DNA of 64,000 bases from Chthoniobacteraceae bacterium (GCA_031409335.1 JANNWY010000278.1:30220-94219), one strand, 5' to 3'; positions 18,113 to 27,236 are shown, counted from the stretch's first letter. The notes: a model not told the origin generated them from the letters alone. Numbers and translations are program-made.

Positions 18113-19487
18113 TCTATTCTCCGCCCCTGTGCTCGGCATCGACCTCGGTGCTTCCTTCACGAAAGTCTCCTATCGACCCGGCTGGACTGGAGGCCAACAT
18201 TACGACAAGCCGTGCCGCCTCGTGATGATCGAGAACCGGCCACTTGTGCCGTCATTGGTGATTCACAAAAAAGGCGCGTGAACATCGTGGCTCTGCGGAC
18301 AAGCGGCAGCGGGCTACCGATCGCTCAATGGCGATCAGGTCTTCACGAACTGGAAGGCCGATCTCTTTAGCAATGAGCTGACGCTGAAAGTCAGCGGTTC
18401 GCTCAAGGCAGCGGGAGAGTTTTTCCGTTGGTTGCACGAGAAGATTTCCGCCGCCGGCATTGATGTGGCGGCTTGCCGCGTGAAAGTGTGTCTGCCGGCC
18501 TTTCCCGACATCGAGCGGCCCACCTCGATCCTCGGGCAGGAGATGGAGTTGTCCGGCTGGCAGAATGCCACCGTCAGCCGTGTGATGGAGCCGCGCGCGA
18601 ATACCGTCGGCGTCTTCGGAGAAGGGCGTAACATGCTCTTTCGCCCAGCACCGCATGCTGACGTGAATCCACACTACGGAGTGATGTATCCGCAGGGTTC
18701 GCCTCTGCTAAATCATCTGCGTCAGTATGGCCTCTTCGACGGCCCACGCCACGCAACGATCGTGATTGCGGACATCGGTTCATTTACTACGGACCTGAGC
18801 ATCGTGGATTTCGATGCCGGCGCGGACGGCGACTTCATCGCCAACACCGAGCAGACGAGCTACAAAGTCGGCATCATTGCAGGTTTTGAAGAACCGCTGC
18901 TCGATTACTTGAGCGGGCGTCACGGATTCACAGTTGAAGGGCTGACGTTCGAGGAACGCGAGGCGATCAAGCGGGCGTTCGCGCTCGGGGAATCGTTCGT
19001 GCTCACGCTACCGGGAAGTCAAAACATCAAACTCGGCGATGCAGCCGATCAAACGGTCGCACGGCAAATCGCGGCTGAGTTGGCGAGCCGCGTGTGGGAT
19101 TCCTACCGCGAGAAAACCGCGCAAAAGCATGTGAAGTATCTCATCCTCACAGGTGGCGGGAGCGTCGCACCGCTCGTCCGCGATGCGGTTCACGCGCGAT
19201 TTGCCGACGCAAAGGTTGCATGGGCAGATGTGGATGGAATGGAAACCGAAAACGGTGAGGTTGGGGATCTCCGCCGCTGGCCCGATACAGGTGAGACGCT
19301 CGCACGTCTGGCAACCGCTCTTGGTGCAGCATCCGTTATCCTTGACCTTCCGGTTGGCTCTCCGCCGCACGAGGAAACATCAATCGGCCCGATCGAGTCG
19401 CCTTGGGTTCCATGCGGCTGCCAAGGAGGAAACAAAGAGTGTATGCGCTGTGGCGGACGTGGGATGTATTTGCGCCAAGGGACGTGA
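18105..19487 (+). pseudogene. Hsp70/actin-fold ATPase (NBD only) with C-terminal Cys motif, interrupted by one in-frame TGA at 18279-18281
   Basis: A single frame runs from ATG 18105: 'GIDLGASFTK', 'VPSLV', TGA at codon 59, 'VCLPAF', 'MEPRAN', 'ADIGSFTTDLS', 'LTGGGS', 'ATALGAA', tail 'CGCQGGNKECMRCGGRG'. The ORF track shows only 18432-19487. Confidence 0.75.
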
Positions 19488-19531
19488 GGGAAGTTCGCGA
19501 AGGCGGGACGCCAGAGTTCCGCCGCATCGCA

Positions 19532-21736
19532 TCAGAAAAAGTAATCGAAATTCTCCTCGCTCCCCGCCTTTCGCCGGATGCGGAAAACGTGCGCGGGATT
19601 GGTCTGCGGATCGAGCCGCACGAAATTGCGGCGGCCCGTCCAAAGGTAGCGCGCGTCGGTCAGGAGATCGTGGACTTGATAGGTCTCGCTTTCGCCGAGG
19701 CCGAAGTCTTCGAGTGGCACGGACACGAACGCATCCTGCGTGTGCCACGCGTCGAGATTCACCACGACGAGCAGGAGATTGTCGCGCGCGACCGTGGCTT
19801 TGGAATAGCAGAGCACGAGATCGTTGTCGGCGTTTTGGAAGCGCAGATTGCGGAGCTGATGCAGCGCGCGGTTTTCGCGGCGGGCGCGATTCAGGCGCGT
19901 CACGACTTCCTTGATGTTGCCCGGCGCGTTCCAGTCGCGCTCTTTCCACTGATACTTTTCCGAGTCGAGATACTCTTCCTTCGCCAGCTGTTTGTAGTCC
20001 CACTCGCAGAGATTTAGGAAATGCCGCACGTCCGCGGCGGGGTCGATGCCCGCCTTCCACAGCCCCGCGTTTTCGCACAGTTCGAAGCCCGAATAGATGC
20101 CGTAAACCGGCGAGAGCGTAGCCGCGAGCACGGCGCGCACGATGAACGCGGGGCGGCCGCCGAATTGCAGGTAGCTCGGGAGAATGTCGGGCGTGTTTGG
20201 GAAAAGATTCGGGCGCATCGTTTCGGCCACTTCGCCCTGCGTCAGTTCGCTGAAATACTCGGTGAGTCCGCGCTTGGTATTCCGCCAGGTGAAATACGTG
20301 TAGCTCTGCGTGAAGCCCGCCTTCGCCAGCGCGTGCATCATTTTCGGCTTGGTAAACGCCTCGCTCAAAAACACCGCATCCGGCCAGCGCCGCTGCACGC
20401 GCGCGATCATGTATTCCCAAAACGTGACCGGCTTCGTGTGCGGATTATCCACGCGGAAAACGCGGACGCCGTGCTCGCACCAGAATTCGATCACGCTCGC
20501 GAGCTCGCGCCACATCGCGCGCCAGTCGGCGTTGTGGAAGTTCATCGGATAGACGTCTTGATATTTCTTCGGCGGATTCTCGGCGTATTTGATCGTGCCG
20601 TCGGGCCGCTTGTAGAACCAGTCGGGGTGCTCGTGGACGTAGGGATGATCGGGTGAGCAATTGATCGCAAAATCCAGCGCGACCTCCATCCCGCGCGCGT
20701 GGATTTCCTTCACCAGCCAGTCGAAATCCTTGAGCGTGCCCAGCTCCGGCGCGACATCCTTGTGCCCGCCGCCGTTCGGGCATTGCTGGTGACGATTCCC
20801 GATCGCATAAGGCACGCCGGGCTCATCGGGTTCGCACGTCACCGCGTTGTTGCGGCCTTTGCGCGCGGTGATTCCGACCGGGTGGATCGGCGGGAAATAA
20901 ATCACGTCAAAGCCCATCGCCTTCGCATCATCCACGCGCGCGAGGCAGTCGCGAAAAGTGGAGCCCTTGTCGCCGCGGCCTTCCGCCGAGCGCGGGAAAA
21001 ATTCATACCAGGCCGCGAAGCATGCAGCCGTGCGATCGACGAGGATGCGCGCGTAGTTTGGCCGGTAAGCCGACTCTTCGACGACCGCGACTTTCTTCTT
21101 CGTCTTTGCAGCAGCGGCCTTCTTCTTCTGCAGCGGTTCGATGTCGATCGACGCAAACGTCTCCGCTGGATTCAGCGTCCACTCCGAAGCCTCATGCCGA
21201 TCCGCCCACGCCGTCATCAGGGCTTCGAGTTCGTGATCGTGCAGAAGATCGTTCACCTGCACTGGCGTCGCCGCGCGAATCCTCTCCGCAAACGCATTCA
21301 ACCGCTCGGTGTCGTGTTTGCGTTTCGCGTGTTTCGCCAATTCCGCCGCCTTCGCCACGAACCCCGCGCCTTCCAGCGTCTCGCTCTGCAAGTCCTTCAA
21401 ACCTGCTGCAAACTTCGTCGCAAACTCATGCTGCCACGTCCGAAAAAAATCGCCCCACGCCTCGATCGTGAATTCGTAAGTCGCGTTCTCATAAACCGAA
21501 ATCGTCCCGTGCCAGCGATCCATCGTGTTTGGGATCGGCGTCATCGGCGTCTCGTTCCACTTCACTCCGCCCGCCTTCCGCCATTTCAAAACCGCCGACA
21601 CGACATCGTGGCCATCCTTGTAAACATCGGCCTCCACGGTCGTATCCTCGCCAATGCAGCGCTTGATCGGATAGCGCGCGTTATCGACCAGCGGGCTCAC
21701 GTTTTCAATGACGACGGTCGGTGGTCGGGGAATCAT
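19532..21736 (-). CDS. glgE: Alpha-1,4-glucan:maltose-1-phosphate maltosyltransferase GlgE (GH13)
   Basis: 'AWYEFFPRS', 'GFDVIYFPPIHP', 'YAENPPKKYQD', 'FRVDNPHTKP', 'FLSEAFT', 'NTPDIL'. ATG at 21736. Confidence 0.93.
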   Translation of the reverse strand: MIPRPPTVVIENVSPLVDNARYPIKRCIGEDTTVEADVYKDGHDVVSAVLKWRKAGGVKWNETPMTPIPNTMDRWHGTISVYENATYEFTIEAWGDFFRTWQHEFATKFAAGLKDLQSETLEGAGFVAKAAELAKHAKRKHDTERLNAFAERIRAATPVQVNDLLHDHELEALMTAWADRHEASEWTLNPAETFASIDIEPLQKKKAAAAKTKKKVAVVEESAYRPNYARILVDRTAACFAAWYEFFPRSAEGRGDKGSTFRDCLARVDDAKAMGFDVIYFPPIHPVGITARKGRNNAVTCEPDEPGVPYAIGNRHQQCPNGGGHKDVAPELGTLKDFDWLVKEIHARGMEVALDFAINCSPDHPYVHEHPDWFYKRPDGTIKYAENPPKKYQDVYPMNFHNADWRAMWRELASVIEFWCEHGVRVFRVDNPHTKPVTFWEYMIARVQRRWPDAVFLSEAFTKPKMMHALAKAGFTQSYTYFTWRNTKRGLTEYFSELTQGEVAETMRPNLFPNTPDILPSYLQFGGRPAFIVRAVLAATLSPVYGIYSGFELCENAGLWKAGIDPAADVRHFLNLCEWDYKQLAKEEYLDSEKYQWKERDWNAPGNIKEVVTRLNRARRENRALHQLRNLRFQNADNDLVLCYSKATVARDNLLLVVVNLDAWHTQDAFVSVPLEDFGLGESETYQVHDLLTDARYLWTGRRNFVRLDPQTNPAHVFRIRRKAGSEENFDYFF

Positions 21737-21752
21737 GCGCGCCCAATCTGAA

Positions 21753-22640
21753 TCACGCCGGCCATTCGCGGCAAGCCTCGCCCGCCGATCGTCGCGGACG
21801 CGACTGCGCCAAACCCGCGATCCACTTTCCTTTGCGCACGACGCGCGTGATTTTGAAACCGACCCGTCGAAATGCTGCGAGCACTTCCGCCTCCTGCGTG
21901 CGGAGGATGCCGGAGAAAACAAGGTGCCCGCCCGGTGCCGTCGCCGCTGCGAGCTTCGGCGCGATTTCGATCAACAGGCCGCTGAAGATGTTTGCCGCCA
22001 CGACTTCCCATGTCCGATCCGGCGTCCACTCGCGGACATCGAGCTTCCGCATCGTCGCGCTGCCCATCGCGTTCGCGCGCACGTTTTCCTTTGCCGTCCG
22101 GACGGCGTGCGGATCGAAATCCGCGCCGAGGCATTTTCGCGCGCCGAGCACGCGGGCGGCGAGGGCGAGAATGCCGCTGCCGCATCCGAGATCGAGCATC
22201 TCCCATTTCCGCCCGGCGAGGTCGTCCGCGACATCCGCAAGCAGCCGCAGGCACGTCGCCGTGGTCGCGTGTTCACCGGTGCCAAAGGCCATGCCCGCCG
22301 GAATCACCAGCACGGGCACGCCGCGCTTCACCGCGGCGCGCTCCCGTTCGCTCGTGATGACCGCCAGTTTCCCGCGCACGACGATCGGCGCGCGGGGTTT
22401 CGCGAGCGCGGCTGGCAGGATCTTTTTCTGCACCGAAACCGCCCCACCAAACATCTTCCGCAATCTCTCCGCCTCGGGTTTCTTGAGTTGGAAAATCTCG
22501 ATGCGCAGCAGCTTCGCATTCGCCGGTTGCGTGATCGCGAGCCGGTCCGCAAAGCCCGTCAGCCGCTCCACCCACGCGTCCTCCCACTTCGCGCTCGCGA
22601 GTTTCCGCCACACGAAAACCACCCGTCCCGCGCCGGTCAT
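21753..22640 (-). CDS. prmA: Ribosomal protein L11 methyltransferase
   Basis: 'PAGMAFGTGEHATT', 'LDLGCGSGILA', 'VAANI', 'FSGIL'. ATG 22640 overlaps the upstream stop. Confidence 0.88.
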   Translation of the reverse strand: MTGAGRVVFVWRKLASAKWEDAWVERLTGFADRLAITQPANAKLLRIEIFQLKKPEAERLRKMFGGAVSVQKKILPAALAKPRAPIVVRGKLAVITSERERAAVKRGVPVLVIPAGMAFGTGEHATTATCLRLLADVADDLAGRKWEMLDLGCGSGILALAARVLGARKCLGADFDPHAVRTAKENVRANAMGSATMRKLDVREWTPDRTWEVVAANIFSGLLIEIAPKLAAATAPGGHLVFSGILRTQEAEVLAAFRRVGFKITRVVRKGKWIAGLAQSRPRRSAGEACREWPA

Positions 22641-23362
22641 TTTTTCCGGAAAACGATGATGTGCTGGATCGGCAAAACTGGGATCGTCTCGACCCATTCG
22701 AGCGGCTGGAGCGACATCTCCTTTTTCACCTGCGCCTCGCTCATCTTGTGGACTTCCTTGATCGGCACGTTCGGGTCTTCCTTCCGAAATTCCACGAAGA
22801 CGATGCGCCCGCCTTTCTTCAGCGCCTTCACCATGTTCGCGATCATCTCGTATGGCTGGTCGAACTCGTGATACACATCGACCATGATCATCGTGTCGCA
22901 CGATTCCGGCGGCAGCTTCGGATCGGTCACTTCGCCCATGATCGGCTTCACATTTTCGATGCGAAACATCGCCATTCGCTTTGCGAGCAGGTCGAGCATT
23001 TCCTGCTGAATATCCACGCCGTACACGATGCCGGTCGCGCCGACTTTTTTCGCGATGCGGCGTGAGACGTAGCCGGAGCCGCAGCCAATATCCGCGACGA
23101 TTTCGCCTTCGCGAAACTTCAGCGCGTCGATCATCAGGTCGGTTTTCTCCTCCTCCTCGCGCTCAGGCCGCTCCAGCCAGTCCGCGGCTTGATGGCCCAT
23201 GACGCGCGCGATTTCGCGGCCCATGAAAAACTTCCCGATGCCATTTCGATCATGCTCCGCGCGCGTCTCGTAAAGCGGCACGGGCGGCTTGGCGAGATCG
23301 TCGGCGAGGAGCGGCGCGACGAGCGCGGCGACGAGCAGGGACGCGATGCGGAGGGCGGACAT
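22637..23362 (-). CDS. Class I SAM-dependent methyltransferase with signal-peptide-like N-terminus
   Basis: 'VADIGCGSGY', 'GVDIQ', 'VDVYHEF', 'LKKGGRIVFVEF'. Confidence 0.85.
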   Translation of the reverse strand: MSALRIASLLVAALVAPLLADDLAKPPVPLYETRAEHDRNGIGKFFMGREIARVMGHQAADWLERPEREEEEKTDLMIDALKFREGEIVADIGCGSGYVSRRIAKKVGATGIVYGVDIQQEMLDLLAKRMAMFRIENVKPIMGEVTDPKLPPESCDTMIMVDVYHEFDQPYEMIANMVKALKKGGRIVFVEFRKEDPNVPIKEVHKMSEAQVKKEMSLQPLEWVETIPVLPIQHIIVFRKK

Positions 23363-23389
23363 GGACAGGAGATTGACGGTCGAGCGCGG

Positions 23390-24145
23390 TCAGTCGATCC
23401 AAATTCCGCGATAGACCCGCGGTGCGAATCGGCTGCCGCGCGGCACGGTGAAGGGCCGCGCGTCCGGCCCCGCGGTGCGGCGGGGCAGGAGCGACATCGC
23501 GCTGAGCGTTTCGAGATCGAGCCGCCCGGTCATCACGAGATTCTGCCGGCGCTGATAGCCGAGCAGCGCCTCCTCGGTCGCGGGGCCGGGATCGCCGTCG
23601 ATAACCGTGCGGTAATAACCGCCGCGCGCCAGGAGACTCTGCGCCTTGCGCACGGTGCTGGCCTGCACTTCCGGCGGCGCGGACTCGTACGGAGTGCGGG
23701 CGAAAATGTGGGAGTAATCCACGCGACCGGGATCGGGCGGCGGATTCAGCGGCGCGGGCGGGCTCACTGCCGATGGATCGCGCGCGCTGCGTTCTTTCGC
23801 ACTTTCCCTGCGGAGGAAATCGCGGTCGCTTTCCTCCACGGTTTCGCCGCGGCGGAGATTGATCGGATCGTCCTTTTTAATGGGCGCGGGAGTGGCTTGC
23901 ACGGGTGCCTCGTCGCCGCCGAGTCCGAGCCCTTTCAGGGTTTCCTTCGTGAGCGTGCCGGTTACTTCGTAGCCATTGCGAATCTGGAATCGGCGGATGG
24001 CCGCCGTCGTTTCCGCACCGGCAGTGCCGTTCACTTCGGCGTAGAAAAAACCGAGTTCCTTCAGTTCCGTCTGCACATTTTTCGTAAGTGTATCGGCGCG
24101 CAGCATCGCGCTCGAAAGGAGCAGGAGGAGGAGGATTCGTTTCAT
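23390..24145 (-). CDS. Secreted protein with two peptidoglycan-binding (PG_binding_1-like) domains
   Basis: Signal peptide MKRILLLLLLSSAMLRA; two repeats, 'VQTELKELGF..NG..G.ETTAAIRRFQ' and 'AQSLLARGGY..DG..GPATEEALLGYQ'. Confidence 0.85.
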   Translation of the reverse strand: MKRILLLLLLSSAMLRADTLTKNVQTELKELGFFYAEVNGTAGAETTAAIRRFQIRNGYEVTGTLTKETLKGLGLGGDEAPVQATPAPIKKDDPINLRRGETVEESDRDFLRRESAKERSARDPSAVSPPAPLNPPPDPGRVDYSHIFARTPYESAPPEVQASTVRKAQSLLARGGYYRTVIDGDPGPATEEALLGYQRRQNLVMTGRLDLETLSAMSLLPRRTAGPDARPFTVPRGSRFAPRVYRGIWID

Positions 24146-24174
24146 CGGGAGTGGGCGGAAAAGTCCGACGAGTC

Positions 24175-25038
24175 TTACGGCGTTTCCATTCGACGCTCCA
24201 GCTTTGCGAGCTTCGCGGGTTCGGGCACCCGCGGCCGCGATTTCACATAGCTCATCACGCCCTCGACGATCGCCGTCGCGAGGCGCTCGCGGTATGGCGG
24301 ATTCGCCACCAGGCGCGCCTCCACCGGATTGCTGAGAAAGCCGGCCTCGACCAGCACGGATGGCCCGCGCACGTGGCGGCAGACAAACAGGTCGCGACGC
24401 TTGATGCCGCGGTTTGACGCATCGGTGCGGAGGACGAGCGAAGTCTGCACGTAACCGGCAAGCGTCTCGCCGCTCTCGCACTGCGAAGTGTCCGGCTTGT
24501 TAAAAAATCCGATCCACGTCCAGGCCGTCTCGGGCGGCACTTTCTCCGTCTCGAAAAACGTCTCCACGCCGCTCGCCGACGACTCGGAGTTTTTGTTGAA
24601 ATGCAGGCTCACAAAAATGGAATCGTCCGTCTTGTTCCCGATGGCCGCGCGATCGGCGAGGCTCACGTAGCGATCGTCGGTGCGGGTGAGCACGGTCGGA
24701 AATCCGAAGACGCGCAGCCGCTTATCCACGCGTTGCGCGAGATCGAGCGTGAGATTCTTTTCCACCAAACCGCGCCCGCGCGCTCCCTCGTCGCGCCCGC
24801 CGTGGCCGGCGTCGATGACGACCGTGGGCAGCGCGCCACCGCGGGAATTCGCGCCGCGATCCTCCCTCGTCGGGTCTTCATCGGGAGTGATGACAAAGGT
24901 GAGGCTGCCGACGAGGACGACGAGTCCCACGCACGGCATGGTGTTCCGCATGCGCAGACCTTTGCACAGGAAGGCGCACGCGCCAAGGAATCGGCGCAGG
25001 CGGCTCGTGCGATTCCGGGCGCGTTTATTTCGCTTCAA
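24175..25038 (-). CDS. N-acetylmuramoyl-L-alanine amidase (Amidase_3)
   Basis: 'VVIDAGHGG', 'EK', 'SLADRA', 'FVSLHFN', 'VLVEAGFLSN'. Start uncertain (TTG 25038 or ATG ~24951). Confidence 0.88.
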   Translation of the reverse strand: MKRNKRARNRTSRLRRFLGACAFLCKGLRMRNTMPCVGLVVLVGSLTFVITPDEDPTREDRGANSRGGALPTVVIDAGHGGRDEGARGRGLVEKNLTLDLAQRVDKRLRVFGFPTVLTRTDDRYVSLADRAAIGNKTDDSIFVSLHFNKNSESSASGVETFFETEKVPPETAWTWIGFFNKPDTSQCESGETLAGYVQTSLVLRTDASNRGIKRRDLFVCRHVRGPSVLVEAGFLSNPVEARLVANPPYRERLATAIVEGVMSYVKSRPRVPEPAKLAKLERRMETP

Positions 25039-25807
25039 GACCGGGTCGGATGTCCGCTTCGCGCAGCGCGCGCCATGTCGCGGGAAATGCGGCGCTGTGT
25101 TCCAAAACCGCTGCCTCGATCGACGCCGAGCCGAGATGTTCCGCGCGATGTTTCGCGATCGTGTCGTCGCCGGGAAGTTCGTCGTCGGAATCCTCACCGA
25201 GCGCGCGATGCCCGATTGCCCAAGCGTCGAAAGCCACGTCCAGCGCGTCATCGAGCGATTTGCCAGTGATGCTTTTTGAGCCGAGAAATTTCTCCATCAG
25301 CTTCGCCGCCCGAGCCGTCCCAGCGATCACGCCGAATTCCTCGAACGCATGTCCAAACGCGCCGCCATTCGTGTGAATGGAGCCGTCGTAATCGAGCCGC
25401 AGGAAAAGATTCGGCGCATCGCCGCGACCGAGTTCCGCGAAAAGCAGCCGCGCCAGGTAAGGCGCGCCATACACCTGCTCGAACGCGGCTTTCAGCGCCG
25501 GACTCAGCGAATAGTTCGCCAGCCGCCGCAGCGAAACATCCAGCGCCGCGCGGGCGAAACCTTCGGTGCCCGTGAGCTCGATCGCCGCCATGCGCAGCCG
25601 CTCGATGTCGCCCGGATGCCCGATCGCACCCATCCCGATGCGATCGTAAATCTCGAACAACTTCTGCCGCTCACGACTCAGCGTGAGCAGCACGATGCCA
25701 TCCCGATAAGTCAGCGCCACAATCGGGCTCCCGCCCGAAATCTGCGTCTCGATGTACTCGCGACGATTCGCGATGGCTTCGACCCAGCGATACGGTTCTT
25801 CAATCAT
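25025..25807 (-). CDS. prcA: 20S proteasome alpha subunit
   Basis: 'EPYRWVEAIANRREY..GSPIVAL.Y.DG', 'KLFEIYDRIG', no catalytic N-terminal Thr. Lies downstream of the beta subunit and UBact genes. Confidence 0.85.
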   Translation of the reverse strand: MIEEPYRWVEAIANRREYIETQISGGSPIVALTYRDGIVLLTLSRERQKLFEIYDRIGMGAIGHPGDIERLRMAAIELTGTEGFARAALDVSLRRLANYSLSPALKAAFEQVYGAPYLARLLFAELGRGDAPNLFLRLDYDGSIHTNGGAFGHAFEEFGVIAGTARAAKLMEKFLGSKSITGKSLDDALDVAFDAWAIGHRALGEDSDDELPGDDTIAKHRAEHLGSASIEAAVLEHSAAFPATWRALREADIRPGLEAK

Positions 25808-25824
25808 GGGAAATTGTTCCTATC

Positions 25825-26415
25825 CTAAAAAATCAATCCGTTGATCAATGTGCGAGACAACGAGTCTAAGAAAGCATTTACCCTGGGTTTCGAGGTCGCC
25901 GCAGGCTCACAAATGTAGAAGCCACCGACTGAGCCACAATGGCTTCCGATCATCTCCTGACGATATTGTGCAGGTGAAAGCGATTTAAGCCACGCTTCGT
26001 AGAAAACATCGGCCTGTTCAGCGCAAAAGTCCCGAGCTTGGACCGCGATGATATTTGCTGTGTTCACCGCGACCTCTGGCTCAACGTCAAATACCCTCAA
26101 TTCCCAAATATCAGAATATCCACGGAAATCGTCTCGATACGTCTCCACAGTTTTCCATGGAGGCCACTGCCATTTGATGGGCGGTCTCTTCGCGGAGATT
26201 CGGAAATCTTTTCCAGATTTCACAGCCATCTCGCGAACCGTCTCAAGGCCATCAATGTTAAAATCTCCGGCCTTACACGCTTGAAAAACAACGGTGCCAA
26301 CAGATTTTTTCGGACCAGCTTCACCGGAGTCGCTGATACCTAGACAAGCAATTCCAGCCAAAGACAGGAATGCCAGCAACACCATTACCTGCGGTTTTCG
26401 AATAACCGAAGTCAT
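25825..26415 (-). CDS. AT-rich membrane-anchored hypothetical protein inside the proteasome operon
   Basis: 196-aa ORF with an N-terminal hydrophobic segment; 5 nt after the prcB stop and 17 nt before prcA. Confidence 0.6.
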   Translation of the reverse strand: MTSVIRKPQVMVLLAFLSLAGIACLGISDSGEAGPKKSVGTVVFQACKAGDFNIDGLETVREMAVKSGKDFRISAKRPPIKWQWPPWKTVETYRDDFRGYSDIWELRVFDVEPEVAVNTANIIAVQARDFCAEQADVFYEAWLKSLSPAQYRQEMIGSHCGSVGGFYICEPAATSKPRVNAFLDSLSRTLINGLIF

Positions 26416-26420
26416 ACGGT

Positions 26421-27236
26421 TTATGCGACCTTCTCCTTGAACATCCGCGCCAGCCGCTTCTCGGGAAGCGTGATGATGCCATCGCCGGTCACGATTTTCA
26501 CGATCGGATACACGCGACCGCGGCGGTCCACGCCGCCGGTGGCAGTGTCGGATTCGGCGGCGGTGTCGAGGGCGCGCATGGCGAGGAGGACGGCTTCCTC
26601 CTGCTTGAGTTTCGCGAGCGGCTTTTTGCCCCAGCTATTTTCGTAGTAGAGAATGCTGCGCACCGCGCCGGAACCGGAGCCGGTCGCGGCGTAGTCGGCG
26701 GCCTCGAATTGCGCGCCCATCGCGTCGTAAAAATACAGGCGCGCGACTTTCGCCTCGTGATCGTAGGTCGAGAAGATCGGCACGACGACGCCGACGCCCT
26801 GAAGCACGAGCCCGAGATTGTCCCGCAGCAGTTTGGAAAGCGCGCGCACCTTGCCATCGAGACTCATTTCCTGGAGCTGACTGCGCCGGTAAAACTGAAA
26901 CGAATGCTCCAGCACACGCGCCATTTCCCAAGCCGTGGCCGGCACGCCCGCGATGGCCATGAGCGAATGCCGGTCGATCTCCAGCACTTTGTCCGCGCGA
27001 TCGTACACCACGAGATTTCCTGCCGTGGCGCGCCGGTCGCCAGCCACGAGCACGCCGTCGGCGAATTTGAACGCGAGGATCGTGGTCGCCTGCGTCGGGT
27101 CCGGCATCGAGTGCGCGGCGGTTGCGGTGGCGGCGGGGATTTGCGGGAGCAGATTTTGCCGGCGCAGGAGCGCGGCGAAATCCTCGGGGGCAGTGGCGCT
27201 CGTATCCGCGAGACGCAGCGGCGCGCGTTCGATCAC
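26421..27236 (-). CDS. prcB: 20S proteasome beta subunit (Ntn hydrolase with propeptide)
   Basis: 'QA|TTILAFKFADGVLVAGDRRATAG', 'ADKV', 'ATGSGS', 'DTATGG'. Confidence 0.92.
   Translation of the reverse strand: MIERAPLRLADTSATAPEDFAALLRRQNLLPQIPAATATAAHSMPDPTQATTILAFKFADGVLVAGDRRATAGNLVVYDRADKVLEIDRHSLMAIAGVPATAWEMARVLEHSFQFYRRSQLQEMSLDGKVRALSKLLRDNLGLVLQGVGVVVPIFSTYDHEAKVARLYFYDAMGAQFEAADYAATGSGSGAVRSILYYENSWGKKPLAKLKQEEAVLLAMRALDTAAESDTATGGVDRRGRVYPIVKIVTGDGIITLPEKRLARMFKEKVA

Larger units (their letters stand above)
16460..19531. mobile_element. Putative degenerate genomic islet inserted at the glgE 3' end
   Basis: Bracketed by diverged direct repeats 16154-16453 and 19532-19831. The two main cargo genes are on the opposite strand to the flanking genes. 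No integrase seen. Confidence 0.5.

Noticed and set aside
18432..19487. 351-aa ORF as a complete gene
   Set aside because: It lacks the phosphate-1 motif, which is in the same frame upstream of the TGA at 18279. The gene starts at 18105.
16460..19531. Islet as an autonomous mobile element or a canonical dnaK-grpE operon
   Set aside because: No integrase, transposase or terminal inverted repeats were seen. The Hsp70-like protein lacks a substrate-binding domain and the GrpE-like protein is about twice normal length.
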